NCBI GenBank assembly: GCA_017499595.2
Contig: CM039010.1
Location: 1,178,001 to 1,242,000 of the forward strand
DNA length: 64,000 bases
DNA from: Psilocybe cubensis
Lineage: Eukaryota
Reading direction: 5' to 3'
The position numbers were made by a program, and so were the translations under genes. The notes below the pieces were generated by a model, which saw only the letters and a program-made list of their open reading frames with translations, made no database searches and was not told the DNA's origin. Shown here piece by piece: positions 1 through 13,564 of this stretch (the stretch's first letter is position 1; the number at the start of each line of letters is the position of its first letter).

Positions 1-359
1 CTGCCGCTGCTGGTGAGGAACTTCAAGGTAAGCGCATTGCCGCTGACAGTGATACCATAAGTGCCTTGGTAGTCAGCACCGTCGACAGCACAGTTGGCCG
101 CACAAGTCTTGCCATCAGGGCAGAGCGTGGCGTTCCAGGAGTTGCCGGTGTAGCAGTTGGTGTAGCCGTTTTTGTCGTGGACCCAGCGCCAGTTGGCATC
201 GAGGACGACCTGACCGTTGGTCTCGGTCACGCAACCGCCGTTCTTGGTGCAACGTTGGAAAGGGAGCTTGGGGTGGACTTCGGCCGTGTAGGTACCGACT
301 TGCTGGGCAATAGCCACGGAGCCGAGAGCGAGAGCGAGAAGAGTAGCCTTAGGGAACAT
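1..359 (-). CDS. GH7 cellobiohydrolase I (Cel7), N-terminal part; continues beyond window start
   Basis: Manual translation from ATG at 359: [97 protein letters not shown]. Signal peptide plus GH7 DANWRW, NCYTGN and NCAVDGADY motifs. Not shown in the ORF track. Confidence 0.96.
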   Translation of the reverse strand, partial: MFPKATLLALALGSVAIAQQVGTYTAEVHPKLPFQRCTKNGGCVTETNGQVVLDANWRWVHDKNGYTNCYTGNSWNATLCPDGKTCAANCAVDGADYQGTYGITVSGNALTLKFLTSSG

Positions 360-430
360 TGCCGATGCAGGTGTCTCAGAAACTGGGTAGCTGAGGGATT
401 GGATGATAAATTCCCTGTAATTCTGCAGCT

Positions 431-726
431 TTTATAACAGCCCTGGACGCGGAAAATACCCGTGTCGACTCCAGATAATTGCCTGCAAAGCAGCATAATA
501 TCGAGTGGCTTAAGCCAAGTACACTGGTACGCGTATGAAAGTGGGATCCGAGCCTGCTAGGATACTTCTCGGAAAGTTGTTGCACCACCACAATGACCTT
601 GCCAAGGTTGGACGCCCATCCTTGGCGTTAAGCGCCTGGCCAAACATAAACATCCGCAAGGGTAGCTACCACAATTGACCACAATGATCGCGGTTGTTTT
701 GCCCTGCTTTGCGGGGTGAACTGGGG
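431..726 (-). promoter_or_regulatory. GH7 promoter: TATAAA box (431-436), CGG-triplet motif (548-572), two SYGGRG CreA/Cre1-type sites (711-716, 721-726)
   Basis: TATAAA on the minus strand about 72 nt upstream of the ATG; GCGGGG and CTGGGG 10 bp apart match the SYGGRG consensus. Confidence 0.55.
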
Positions 727-1338
727 TGAACCGAGATCTTCTGAAGTCACGGAGTTAATGGTGATAGCAGCCAAGAACCTTAAGTTATTTCAAAAACGCA
801 CATGAGTGTTCTCCCGTGGTAGATCCCAGGCATTAACCGAAGAATATGCGCTGAAAGAAATAAAGGTAAAAACTCCATGGTTCATGTAGAATGAGTCGTG
901 TTGAACATTTAACTCTTCGAATTGCGAGAAGTTCCCGCCATGCATAGTTGCTGGGACTGAGACTGGGAAACGGAAGGGAGCGCATGAAGGTCTATCCAGC
1001 TTCAACATCGTATCTGTCTGACTGAACACAGTAAGGCATAAACGTTTAATATACCCGAGGCGAAGTCACAGTAATTGGGTCCACAATAGTTGCCGATAAT
1101 CAAAATGACGGAAAATTGTTGGAATTACTAGCTGGGCTGGCACTACACCAGTCCAATGTTGAGCCTTGTGATGTTGGCGATTTTTACATGGAATAATTCA
1201 CATTTCGCTTATGGACCATCCAATCGAGTTTAGCGGTCTGAGAAAAACGATGCCACATGGATACCACTGGTCCGCGAAAGTAAGTGTGAGAGAGGAGTAA
1301 AAGAAGAAGTTAAACATTATGAAGTACGAACGACAGCT

Positions 1339-2172
1339 CTAGGAAACTTCTCGACCTTGTTTTGTTACTGACTCCTTCTCTCGCTTGATGCGTTCAACGC
1401 GGGCTTCAGCTTCAAGTTCGTGAACCACCATTTGTGCCCAAAGTGGAAACCCTCCTTTTTCGTAGGCAATGCTTAATCGTCCCTCGGCTTCCGACCACTT
1501 CCAATCTTCCATACCTTCCAAAGGTGGGTCTCCGCGTGCAGCATCTTCTTCTGATGCTCGGTGTATCCTTGAGGTTAAGCTCGGGGCAATCAAACGTATG
1601 AGGGTTCTCGCTCTGTGACCGAATTCACGCGCCTAAAAATCATTTAGCATCATGGATTAGTGCACGGAGTAGAAGATACGTACATCCGACACACCGAGTG
1701 TCGTTTTCACCATCCAAACCATCCCAAAACCTCCTACCGCGACCAGTCCCGTGGCAATGGCAAAAGCTTTGGCCGCTAGTAGGCCAGATGATGCGTTCAT
1801 CTGGGCAAGCGCTGATGAAAGGGATGGACCGTCGGCGTTCAAAGCTTCCTTGATGCTTTCGTGAACAACCGTTGTATTTTGCGGACTGGGAGCTGTTGTC
1901 ACAGGTAAAGCAGCAGCAGTTCCTGTCGCCCTTCTTGGCGGAGGTGCCGTCGAACCTTTCAGAGGTAACCGATTGAGTTTTCCTGTGCGCTGCCTACGTA
2001 GCATGAACAATGGAATGGCCAAAGCCAAACTCGTGCCAATGAACTTCAATCAACGATTCAGCATGACATATATTTTAAATAAGAGTACAATTACCGCAGA
2101 TACTGGAATCCATATAGGAACCCTACTTTTCGTATTTTCTGGCGCTGGTGGTGACGCCGACGAGTCAACCAT
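1339..2172 (-). CDS. Small membrane protein, Aim11/TMEM242-like (3 exons)
   Basis: MVDSSASPPAPENTKSRVPIWIPVSA|FIGTSLALAIPLFML...LAAKAFAIATGLVAVGGFGMVWMVKTTLGVSD|AREFGHRAR...; GT-AG introns and two hydrophobic helices. Family call is by motif resemblance only. Confidence 0.6.
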
Positions 2173-3486
2173 GAGGGTTTTCACCGACTTTGGAGAAACG
2201 AGCGCGAAGATATATGATTAGTCAGCATACACTTCGGCGGGATGTCATTTCACCCTCGTTTTTTCGTCCTTTCAACAAGTAATGCGCAGTCGACAATGGC
2301 TGAAATACTGCGTACTCAAAAGTCAATTTTTTTGCATTAAGAACAGAAAACGATGTTCGACTTGGTTATATTTTTCCAAAAGATGTACTATTGTGTTATG
2401 AATATCTCAAAAATTGAGCGTGTATCCCCTCGCTGCAACAAGGTCTGCGACGAACAACATTCATAAACGATCGATCTTTGCCCCCTTTCCCCTAACCATC
2501 ATCCACTATTTCAAGATGATGTAGTGAATATAGAGGCATGGAAGGTATGTTCCCAACTAACGTCCAATGAAAAAAATACAGGTAAAATACACGCTTCACA
2601 AAGACACAAATGTCGAGCTAGAAAGACTATAAATGAGAATAGATAATAAAAGAGTGAGAGTAATATATTGTACGCACCTCAGATGTAACAAAACACATTT
2701 CGAAAAATTGGGTTTACCAAGTCATGACTTCCGATATGTTCTCAATCCAGCCAGATCGTCAGCCCCTTCAATTCACGATGAATACATCGAATGGAAGAGA
2801 TGTTGTAGAAGTCCTTGAGAAAGAAAAGGTTAAAGTCAATTGGTAAAAGGAAACTGCATGTCGAAGTTCAAGAGCAAGTTGAGGAGGGACACGCAAAGAA
2901 TGAAAAAAATATCACCGTGTGAATATCGGAAACCGCCGTGTCGGCTTTCCGGCTTGGTATTATACACATAGTCATCGACGCCAAGCATGCAGTTCAGTTT
3001 CTCTCGCCATTTACTAGTAGCTCTCCCCAGTTTCAACCTTCGGACTGCTTTGTCACCAACGGAACTCTGAATGATGGCGGGACGAACCCTGGGGATCTTT
3101 GAGCCTAGTGTTTGCTCAAAGCTACAAGCCAGGCGGTCTCTTACAGCTTTGGGGTCAATCTATTATACACCGGCAATGATGCAACTCAATACCTGCTGTA
3201 TGATGATGTGATCTACTGAAATATGCATTTACATTGAATGGGGTACTCCCTCTTTCATCGATAAACTCACGATGCTTGGGACATAGCGGGCGTTAAAAAA
3301 CTACCTCGAAGAATGTCATCCATCACTAGGTTCGTCAAATCTGATTCATACGGTCTCTTCAAGAAAAAATGAAATCTCGTTTCTATTGCCCTCGGAGTTC
3401 CTCTAATTTTAGTTCGTGACCCCATCATGCATCAACCTTATTTAAATATTACAGCCGCAACACAAACCTTCCCCCAGACTCCCATC

Positions 3487-4828
3487 ATGACATTCGCATA
3501 TCGAAACCAGCCTTGGAAAGCCCTATATCTCGCAACACGAACAGCAGTTCTTCTATTCCAACTCCCGTTCTACGCCATTATATATATATATCCCGGCGCC
3601 CGTCCACGTCGAACCTGGTCAATTGGGCGCTCGCTCGTAATATTTGCTTTTCGCGCGTTCATCGATGTTCTATACAACACATCCCCTACTCTGATTGGCA
3701 GTGTGCGCCCAGTAGAGCAGATGACGCAGAAAGAAATAGAAGAGGCAGTGGAGTATGGCTTCGTTTGGGTTGACGGGGCGCCCGAGTTTGTCACTGGAGA
3801 AATCAAGGATGCTGCGCTTCTGAATGAAGTATCTCCAGCAAGGATATCTGGATACTGGTATGGAAAGCGTGATCCATATGGGAAGGCTGGACAGAGAGCA
3901 CTTCCAAATGAAAAGGTTATATATCACTTCCACGGTGAGTAAACTCATGGTGATATAGTTGCTGACATTCGTTACTTAAATTTGTTTCCTGAAGGTGGTG
4001 GATTTGTTGTTAGTCCTTCTGGGCCAACCTACGGAGATTATTATTGACTATACTATTTATTTACAGTCAGGAACTGGTCACCCTTCCAATATTCCAGGCA
4101 AAACAATGTTTGAAGGCTTGATGCAGTTCATTCCAGGAGAGCCAAGAGTATTTGCTCTAGAATACCGTCTGTCATCTACCACCCCATTCGCAAAAGCCAA
4201 CCCTTTCCCTGCCGCCCTGCTAGACGCAATCGCTGGGTACAGGTATCTCATACACGACATTGGGTTTCTTCCATCAAACATCATCATCAGCGGTGATTCT
4301 GCAGGCGGCCTGCTAGCCTTCTGGCTTGCTCAGTATATTTCAACAGCCAAGTATCCCGACCTACCGAATGCCGGGGGGCTTCTCCTGCTTTCTCCAACTG
4401 TAGACTGGGCCAACACACAAACGGGATCATCCTCTTCAATGGTACAGAACAAAGATACCGATTTTGTTGACAAGGTACTTCGAAGTGGATACCCTTGTCG
4501 AGCCCTCCTCGGCAAGATCTCAGAGGACGAAGTATACCAAAACGAGTGGATAGCACCAGGGTCTATCCATCTTTGTCACAAACCGGGAAAACATGCTAGG
4601 CTACCGAAAACCTGCATCGTAGCAGGTGGTGCTGAGCAGACGCTCGACTCGATGGTGACGCTGGCGAACCGACTCGCATACGACATGGGCCATGAAAAGG
4701 TGACGTTTTTGGAGGCAAAAGAGGGCACACATGATTTCCTTCTGTTTCCGTTATTTGAATTTGAAAAAATTGACACCTTGAAGAAAATAAAAAAGTGGGC
4801 GGAGGAGCAGATTTGGCCTACAGTCTAG
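3487..4828 (+). CDS. Alpha/beta hydrolase, HSL/Abhydrolase_3-type esterase/lipase
   Basis: YHFHG|GGFV oxyanion motif (14-nt microexon 3995-4008), FALEYRL, NPFPAALLDA, nucleophile elbow GDSAGG, C-terminal GTHDF; hydrophobic N-terminal anchor. Confidence 0.92.
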
Positions 4829-5726
4829 GTTCAGCCTTACGCAGAAAAACACAGTATCTGAGTCAATATACCGTCCAACGTGTTTTTATCAATAATTTGC
4901 CTCTTGTGTTTCTTGCTTATCTATATACACTCTTTTTCCATGTTGCGGACTATTACATAGATAAATGATGTGATGGAAGTTAGCGACCAAAAGAAACAGA
5001 GAATAATATCCCAACATTTTACCGTGGCCTGGAGCATTGACCAAGGCACACTGACGTATCTATATCTTCCTAGCAACTTCTGAAAAAGGCAGACGGAGTC
5101 CGAATCAGAGCAAACCAAGTCCACCAACACATAACACCAGCCGTCCTCACACCACACCGTGTACATCTTACTGCCAACGTCATCAAAGTCTTCTAATTGA
5201 ATAAAACTTTATGAATAGATATCTGCTAGACATTGAAGTAAATAACGAAGAGCGAATAATTAGTGCACATGCCACATGCAAGTCATAAAGAAAAGACAGC
5301 GTCCGAGTATGGCATGAATCTCGACACACATTAATTCCATGAACATGAAAACGAATCATGCACGTAGACAACGGACTACGATAGGAAGTGCCAAGCACGA
5401 GCGCAAGAGCGCCCATAAACGAGGGTAAATGACCGATTAACCTTACAACAATTTCCAAACAAAAAATCTTGAGAGACGGAGAGGGGGAGGGAGAGAGAAA
5501 TCGCCAGATTTTGTACATGCCATGTGTTGATGATAACGAAATCGTAAGACAGAACGGAGAGCTGAGGAAGGATGCGGAGGAATTCGACGGTTAGAGCAGG
5601 GTGCGCGATTTGTGACCGGGACAGAGTTTTGAAGCGAAGATGTGAAAGACAGCTTCATAATAGAACGAAAGGTAGATACAAAGTATGAGGCAACTCCTAG
5701 ATCTGGCATGATATATGACTCTCCAT

Positions 5727-7927
5727 TTAAAAATTCTCTGCACAAAAAGTCAGCACTGATGTGTGGAGCTACTCGGATGACGGAAACATACCCTTTCCGA
5801 AGAAGAACCTGGTGCCCTTGGGGTCTGAGTACTGGTTTGATTTCTGGTGAAGGAGCTTGGAGAGCGCAGGAGGACCGCAGAAGAACTGAACAGATAGAAA
5901 TTAACAATAACGACGATTATGCTTAAAGATATAAATACGCACAACTCCAACGTCGGTCTCGGGATGTTTCTCAACAATTGAGGGGAAAACACGATCCCAA
6001 TTGGGTCTGCCGAAGTGGGTGGGCGCACGGAGAGAGGTAATGGCGTCCTTTTCAGCGCCAACATCTTGAACCTGCATAGCGAGTCAATAAACGGTTCATC
6101 AGTTCGAAAAGAAAAGAAACACACGATGATGTTGTTCATCTCGTCTTCCTTAATCCTGGCAGTGAGGTAGATGTTGATCTCGATTCTACCTTGAGTATCC
6201 TGCTCTTCGATGGCGTGCAAAAGGGAATGGAACCACTCCGCAGTGCCATAGTCACGAATAACCCAAGTGAAGTAAACCTTGGACAATCTTGTTGGCTTGG
6301 AGTTGTTCAGGTTATTCATGCGGTACCAGATAGACTTCAGGATGCTAATTCGAATTTAATTGAGAGCCAATACATGGAAAAAGTGATGGACAACACTTAC
6401 GAAGCAAAAGGAGTAACACCGATACCCGCACCGACAAGCAGAACAGTCTCATATTTAAGGAAATCCTCACTGGCACTACCGAAAGGACCATCAACCATGA
6501 CACGGGGAAGGGTGCGATTCAGTGGTGGGTTGACATTGGTCCCGACAACCTTGCCACCAGCTGGAGTATCACCCTTGCCACCCTTGTCTCCTTTCTGAGG
6601 GAAGTCGCAACCAAGAGCCTTGGCAAAAGCGGTAGTGAAGTCTCCCGCGACACGGATGTGAACGGAGATGTAGTCTTCCTCAGGTGCGCTGAAAATTCTC
6701 AGTCAACGAATTTATATTTGGTTGTCATGGAAAAAATACCTGGTGAGAGTGAAGGGATGCCACTGGAAGTAGGAGACCTCCGGGCAAGAGAGGAAGATGT
6801 ACTGGCCAGCTCGGGTTGTAGTCTTTTCCTTCTTGATCTGAACCTCCATCACGTTGGAAGGGTGTTGGATAACCTTGGAGATGTAGGTAACATGGCGAGA
6901 GCGGATTTCGCGGAGAATGCGCTCTCCGATCCAGATAACACCACCGACAAGCCAGTATCTCTGAGAACCGGTTAGTAAAGTTGTAGATGCGGAAATAGAT
7001 AGATTAAATGCTCACCCAGAAGACACCAATGGTGTTGAATGAACAATAAGGAGGTCGGTCGGGTTGAATCATACAGAACATGCCGTGGAGTTGCCAGTTG
7101 ATGAAGAACACAATGAAGAGATGGTGAGAGTACCAGAAACGCTCGAATGTGGCCCGGCGAACTTTTTCTCTAGCAAACCAGACCATGATTCCGAGAGCAG
7201 CGGTCATGATCCAGCCAGTCACACCAGGTCCAGTGAGGAAGTTGGCGCCGAGGAAGGCGACAATGCGACTCGAGGTGTTCGTTCCCGCAATCATGGCCAG
7301 CTTGTAGAAGTTGACCATGTGCGCAAGAATGTGGACGGCACTTCCAATAACAATGGACCAGGCGGTTGCCTTGTGCAAGGTGATGTTCTTGTCAAAGGGG
7401 ATGAAGTCGTTCAGGGGGGTGCGTCGGAGGAAAGAGACGAAGTTACGGCAGACGGGGAGAAGAATGAAGATAACATCGACGTGAAGGACGAGCGCAGCAG
7501 TCCTAGCAGTAGCTGCATTAGATGATAAGATAAGTGTGCCAATCCTGATCAGACTTCAAGAGGACGCACCGAATGTCAACCCAAAAGTTGCCCTGGCCCC
7601 CACCAAGTTGTCTTTGAGTTGATAATGGACGAATCCAAAGACAGCAACGAGGAGATGGAGGAATATCCAAACTCCAAAGAAGAGCTGGCGGCCTCCCTCA
7701 TTGATCATCCATGTATCGAACTTGGTCCAGAAGCTTTTGGGCTTTTCAGGGGCCTGGGTACGGGATGAAGAGGTCAAAGTCCTCTGAAGCCCCTGCAATC
7801 TCCGTCTCTCCGTCTTGTTGCGCTGCAGATGAGCAGCTCCTGATTTATCTGAGAGGTCGGGATGATTTTCGATGGTCATGTTGGGCACCCTGCCATCGGA
7901 GAAGTCGAGTCCCGAGGAACGGTTCAT
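5727..7927 (-). CDS. noxB: NADPH oxidase catalytic subunit (gp91phox family), NoxB/Nox2-type
   Basis: Heme helices ([23 protein letters not shown]), QWHPFTL FAD motif, [32 protein letters not shown] and terminal GKENF*. The N-terminal extension before WMINEG is typical of fungal NoxB. Confidence 0.92.
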
Positions 7928-8203
7928 ACTCTACTAAGATCTAGGACGTCCTGCGCTTTGATAAAAGGAATGTGTTAAAGTACCGGCCAGCTGGTAAGAA
8001 GAGGAAGAAATGAAAAGGCAGGGGTGGGGCGGAGTAGTGTTGGTGAGAGGGATAGTATATCCTTGCCACTTCATAACAACATGATGGTGAATGTCCTATT
8101 TTGACAGGGCCCGGCCACGGGCGTTACCATAGTACCGGGTCTCTCATCTTTTTCTTGTTTCTTCTCATTCTAGACCCACGCTTATGTTCCTACCAGATCT
8201 TTC

Positions 8204-8549
8204 CACGCCGGACAAAAATGCTGACCAGTTAGCCTGGGTGTTGTCCTGACCAGTGACGTGACTAGTACCGTGACCAACTACATAGTGTCACACATACATT
8301 GTCACGCTAATTCATTATTAGTAGGCTCAACAGTAAATAACATATTACTTGATTGTTTAGTATTTCTTCTTACTACACACTGAGTTTCAACGCAAGACAA
8401 TCAAGTAATTTGCCATTTACTGTCGAGCCTACTAATAATGAACTAGCGTGACAACATATTTGTGACACTATGTAATCGGTCACGGTACTAGTCACGTCAC
8501 TGGTCAGGACAACACCCAGGCTAACTGGTCAGCATTTTTGTCCGGCGTG
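8204..8549. mobile_element. Non-autonomous foldback MITE (346 bp), CAC..GTG termini with 3-bp TSD; probable CMC/EnSpm(CACTA)-type
   Basis: Inverted arms 8204-8356 and 8397-8549 (153 bp; first 72 bp perfect, 10 mismatches in total), 40-bp loop, TTC immediately on both sides (8201-8203, 8550-8552), no coding capacity. Confidence 0.85.
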
Positions 8550-10804
8550 TTCATAACTGCGCATGCATATTCGTTGTTCAGCAACTACCCAAAGCTTGCT
8601 ACTTGCTTCTACAAAGCACATCCGCCATGAATCCCAGTCCAACGCTACCTACAATGGCAGATGGCCGAAATCAAGAATAGCTTGCCGGCCATCGCATGCT
8701 TCAAAAGCTCAGTACGATGACAATGATGGGCGTGTCGCCTTTCGACCCATATGCCGAATGATCCCTTGATTGGCTCTTCGCCATCTTTTCGTTTCACCGT
8801 CATCTTCACCGCATTCAAGCGTTATAAATATTTGACAATCGCTGTAGCACTCGAAATCGCCCCATGCATGGGTTGGATGTGCGAAGCCGATGTTAAATTT
8901 ATGAAGGCAACTTTAAAAAAACCTGAGCCCCAAAGCGGCATATTTAGAGCATCAAAGATTCAGAACGGCGCGCATAGGATGCACTCCCAGTCACTGAACT
9001 TGGTTCCAGCCAGGTCTATTCAACCCTGCCGACGCTCAAAATACACGTTCTTAATTTGGAGCAATGACGGTCTATTTCTTGACTGTTTGGTTGTTTTCGG
9101 AACGGCTGGTAGGTGTTGATAGCAACGTTTTCTTATGAGAGTTCCTAAGAACGTAGTAATTGACGAAACGGCTCTTTATGTTTTAAATAGGAGGCGCATC
9201 TTTGCCCAGTGCATTGACCAACACCCACGTGGCTTGATATCTTCATTTCTTTTGTCGAGTCCAGACTCGGTTCTCAAAGCAACAAGTCCGATTCACAATA
9301 AACGTTCAAAAAAAAGCACGGCAGGGCAGCCCAACCATACACACACCGGACGCTCAATTTGCAGTTGGCATTGGAGACTTGATATCCGTCTCCAGGACAG
9401 CAGTTAACTGAAAAGCTACAACCCTAATTCCACTCGCCGATACGAAACTTATGCGTTCTTCAGCGACTCCCCAGGTCTTCCCTGCTTGATCTACTAGTCC
9501 GTAATATCAGCAATAAAGCCTTGGGGGTACAAACTCTAAAATTATGGCGGGCCTCAACATCACGTTATTCATCATAAAAACACTTCGTTGGCCTAGACTA
9601 CCTATCGACCGCCACATCACATTGGTAGGGGACTATCTCCAAGACTATGACATAAATCGAACCCAGGTTACCAGCCGCGACGTCCAAGCGCAGCATAAAA
9701 GGTATTCGACTTGGACAGAGGCGCTACGGGACTGGCAAATGACGGTATCTGCATTAGAGAAAAGTACACTCTGTAAATCGATCAAGTAAAGTAAGCCAAG
9801 TTTCGGGGTGAGTTATGCACACAACCGCTTTTCCGAAACCGTGATCAGAAGGCTCTTCTTTATCAGATGTGTTTGTGCTACTTGGAAGAAAGCATGGTGT
9901 CCGTGACCACGATTCGTCCTATATTGCTCTATCTCTTGCCCGCTGCAACCTCGAAGAAGTGGCAACCCTCTCTGGCCTCCATCCCCATTCCAACATTTGC
10001 GGTCTGACTTCCCCTTGCTTTTTCATAGTACATAGTTCTACTGCACAGCTCTTGCAGCATTCTCGAGGTCATCGATCACTTCACAGATCACCAGAATATT
10101 CCGTTGGTTGATGATCAAATAACTCTGCGCCGTGTTCATATTGCGTAGCATCACTAGGTCTCAATTCACGAGTATGATCATGTTCCCAATCTTTGGCAAC
10201 ACTCGCGGCTGATTGTGATTTTTCCGAATCTCCTTCGTCGTCATCCTATCTCCTAACTTGGAACATTGCGTGCGCCACCCTGCCTAACCATCCATTGTTT
10301 CCATTATTGCAGCACGTCACGGTGGGTGGCGTATGACATTCGTGAGCACGAAGTCTTCAGATACGACAGTAACGGTCCCGAGTCCCTGAACCTCTCCATG
10401 TCTCTCCAGTATAGCGTTCTCGGAACGTCTGTTGAAATATGGACTTGTGATCCGTAGAAAATATCACTTGAAAGTTTTTAACTCTCATCTCTTTTGAGCT
10501 TTGAACTTCAAGGATTGCCAAGTCGATACTCAGGGTGCTCGTCCCATTCACTTCAAGGGACCCGAATTGTCTCTAATTCATTCTCACTTTTCCTGTCAAT
10601 GGGTGAATACGTACAAGAGCCGGCTTATCTATAGTCTTCAATTTTCCAGGTCATGTGTACCCCGCTTCGCTATCCTGCCGATGGGATTTTTTGACTTAGA
10701 TGTCTTCAAAGGTGAGAAACCTTTCTAATCTACTGTGTCTGGCGGCCATTTGATTATAAGTACTGGAATGATGAAAAACTGTTGACTTTGTTTTCATTCT
10801 CTCC

Positions 10805-13017
10805 ATGGCGGTCTCCGCCTTGACTCTTGCTGTTGCCACTCTCTTAATATCATGGGCTAAGAGGAAGCTGTTGGAGACAATCTACAGGAAAAGACACCCT
10901 TACCCACCTGGACCCAAGCCAATGCCTCTCATTGGTAATATGCTCGACTTCCCGGCGCAACATGCCGCGAAGGTGTATTTGGAGTGGGAAAAGACATATA
11001 ATAGTGGGCCTTTTGGTATCTGGCAAGAACGAGAATATAGTTGCTGACTCCAGTCAGGCCCTTTACTTCATGCAGAGGCTCTAGGGACCCATGTACTTGT
11101 AATCAATAGCTTGGATGACGCCAATGCACTTTTCGATCGGCCTGAACGCGCCAAGATCTACGCTGACAAGCCTCAAAAACCTATCTTGAAGCTGTAACTC
11201 TTGATTAATTGCATGCTTTTTTGTTGTTATTAATCTTATTTATAGGATAGGCTGGGATTCTATAAACCTTTCTATCATGCCTTATGGAGAGGAATGGAGG
11301 CAGCACAGGAAGATTTGCCATCAAAATTTCAACGTTCAGGCAGCACGGCAATACCAACCAGTTCAAGCAAAAAAAGTTCGCAATCTACTCCTAAATCTTC
11401 TTGAAAAGCCCGAACAGTTCAAAGATCACAGTAAGCTGTAAGAGTCAATTTTAACTCTACTTGTCATTGGCCTTTCTATCAGTATTATTGACTATAGATA
11501 ATTATCAGCTTCTCTGTATCTCTCTCGATATCTGCAATGTACGGACATGACGTTGAGTCAATCGAGGATCCGTGTGTGAAATTGGCAGATGATGCGCTCC
11601 AGCTTGGGCAGACGCTCTTAGTGCCTGGTGGGAGCTTGATCGATCTGGTTCCTATCCTTCGACACATTCCTGAGTGGTGTCCTCTGCTTCCTTCGAGGAA
11701 GGTCGCAGCCAAGGTGAACTATATGACCCAAGAAGTCTTAAAAATTACGCTGGATCATGTCAAAGAAAGTTTTGTGAGTGTTATCACCTTTTTCTTCTTC
11801 TTAGATCACTTATTACCGGTGCTGAAACTTGGTTACAATAATGGCAGAAATCAGGAACGGTTGTACCTTCGCTGGTAACAAGGTTTTATGACAAAAAATA
11901 TTCATTTGGAGCTACTCAAGCAGAGGAAGACTTAATAAAAAATGTTGCATACACGGTATACGGGGGTATGTCTGCTTTGGTTTGAAACCTTCAACTTTCT
12001 GAACCTTTGGGATGTGCATTTCAGGTGCCTCTGATACGGTAAGCCATTGTATGAACCTTTAGATTTGATTACTTACAACCATATTCTAGACAACTTCAAT
12101 TACAATAACATTTATTTATTGCATGGCCATTAATCCCGACATCCAGAGAAAAGCGCAGGCCGAGATTGACAAGGTGGTTGGCTCACATCGCCTTCCAGAA
12201 TTTGCAGATCGGGAGGTGCTTCCATACATCGAAGCTATATACCAAGAGGTACTACGGATGTGGGCCCCACTGCCTCTTGGTATGCCACATACTACCTCAC
12301 AGGATGACTATTATAAAGGCTATTTTATTCCCAAAGGCAAGTAACGACCCATCTATAATGCGCCGGACAATGATGACCTAGAAATCTCGATCTCGATTAT
12401 TAGGGACTACCGTCTTTGCTAATATATGGTAAGCTGCAAATCAACTGAATGAATCACAGTATCCAAACTCCTTTTTTTAGGGCAATGAATTATAACAACG
12501 AAACCCATCACTATCCTGATGTATTCAAGCCTGAGAGGTATTTTGATGAAGACGGTAGATTGATAAAGGAAAAAGTACTTGCATACGGATTTGGTCGCAG
12601 GCAAGCTCACTTTACTATTTCCCTATGTCACCTAAGAATTCTCTGATGATTATTTGCTTCTTCTAGAGCGTGTGTTGGAAAGCCAGTGGCTAGTTCTTCT
12701 GTGAGCTCTAAGTCAAGATCGAGTAATTGATTTCTGTGTCTAATCATTGGTATCGGTTTATTAGGTTTGGCTAATGATGGTGTCGATACTTGCGGCTTTC
12801 AACATTGCCAAATCAACCGACCACAACGGAAACGTGGTTGAGATCGACGACGATTTTGAGAATGATGGGCTACTCCTGTACGTCAAGTTATCTCCATTTT
12901 TACTTAGTGTTTGCATATTGCTCATTTCGGCGCTAAAGTCATAAGAAACCTTTTAAATGCTCTATTATTCCCCGCTCATCTGAGTCGAAACTTAGCAAAT
13001 TGCTTGCAGAATTTTAG
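10805..13017 (+). CDS. Cytochrome P450 (CYP64-clan/CYP5144-like), paralog 1, multi-exon
   Basis: N-terminal anchor, YPPGPKPMPLIGN, MPYGEEWRQHRK, I-helix GGASDTT, QEVLR (ExxR), FKPERY, heme motif YGFGRR|ACVG. Confidence 0.93.
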
Positions 13018-13564
13018 TAAGACTTTCTGGGATTTGAGTAGCATACCTAACGATATTATGGCGTGTACTGCCTTTGCTCGACATTCGCTTTGATGACGCC
13101 GGGCATACTAGCCGAAGATAGGAATTTTAAAAAATGTGCCGTCCTTAAGTCACCCTATAGATTTCCGGATGTACAACAAGGTGAATGCTGTCTAAACCTT
13201 GTTAGACCTGCCAGCTTGCAATATGGTGGAGGTAGCCTTATAATAGAATGCTAGAATCCAAAGATAATTCAAGGGGAACCAAGGGCAATGCCAAAGCCAA
13301 CCGCCTTTAGACTTCAAGTTTTTGCTTCAAGCGAATATGGAAGAATTACCTAGAATTTTGACAAGACTCTCACACCACGTCACTCCGAATCGGTTGAAAT
13401 GATGGTGCTTCTCTTTCCTTCCAAAAGGATCGAAACGTAAGATTTCCCTGCTCCCAGTTAAGGGTGAGAAGTGGTCAGATGGCTCTTATCTCTTCATAAA
13501 TACCTGGCTGTGGGCTTTAATGCATGATGCTGTTCTTGAACTTTAATCACCTCTTACTACGAAC

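Noticed and set aside
66-437. 123-aa plus-strand ORF
   Set aside because: Antisense shadow of the GH7 gene.
2600-3060. Possible decayed minus-strand gene
   Set aside because: Splice-like signals are present but frames are short and interrupted, with no recognisable product.
3170-3220. C/D-box snoRNA-like ATGATGA..CTGA
   Set aside because: Boxes are too close together, with no terminal stem and no recognisable rRNA-complementary guide.
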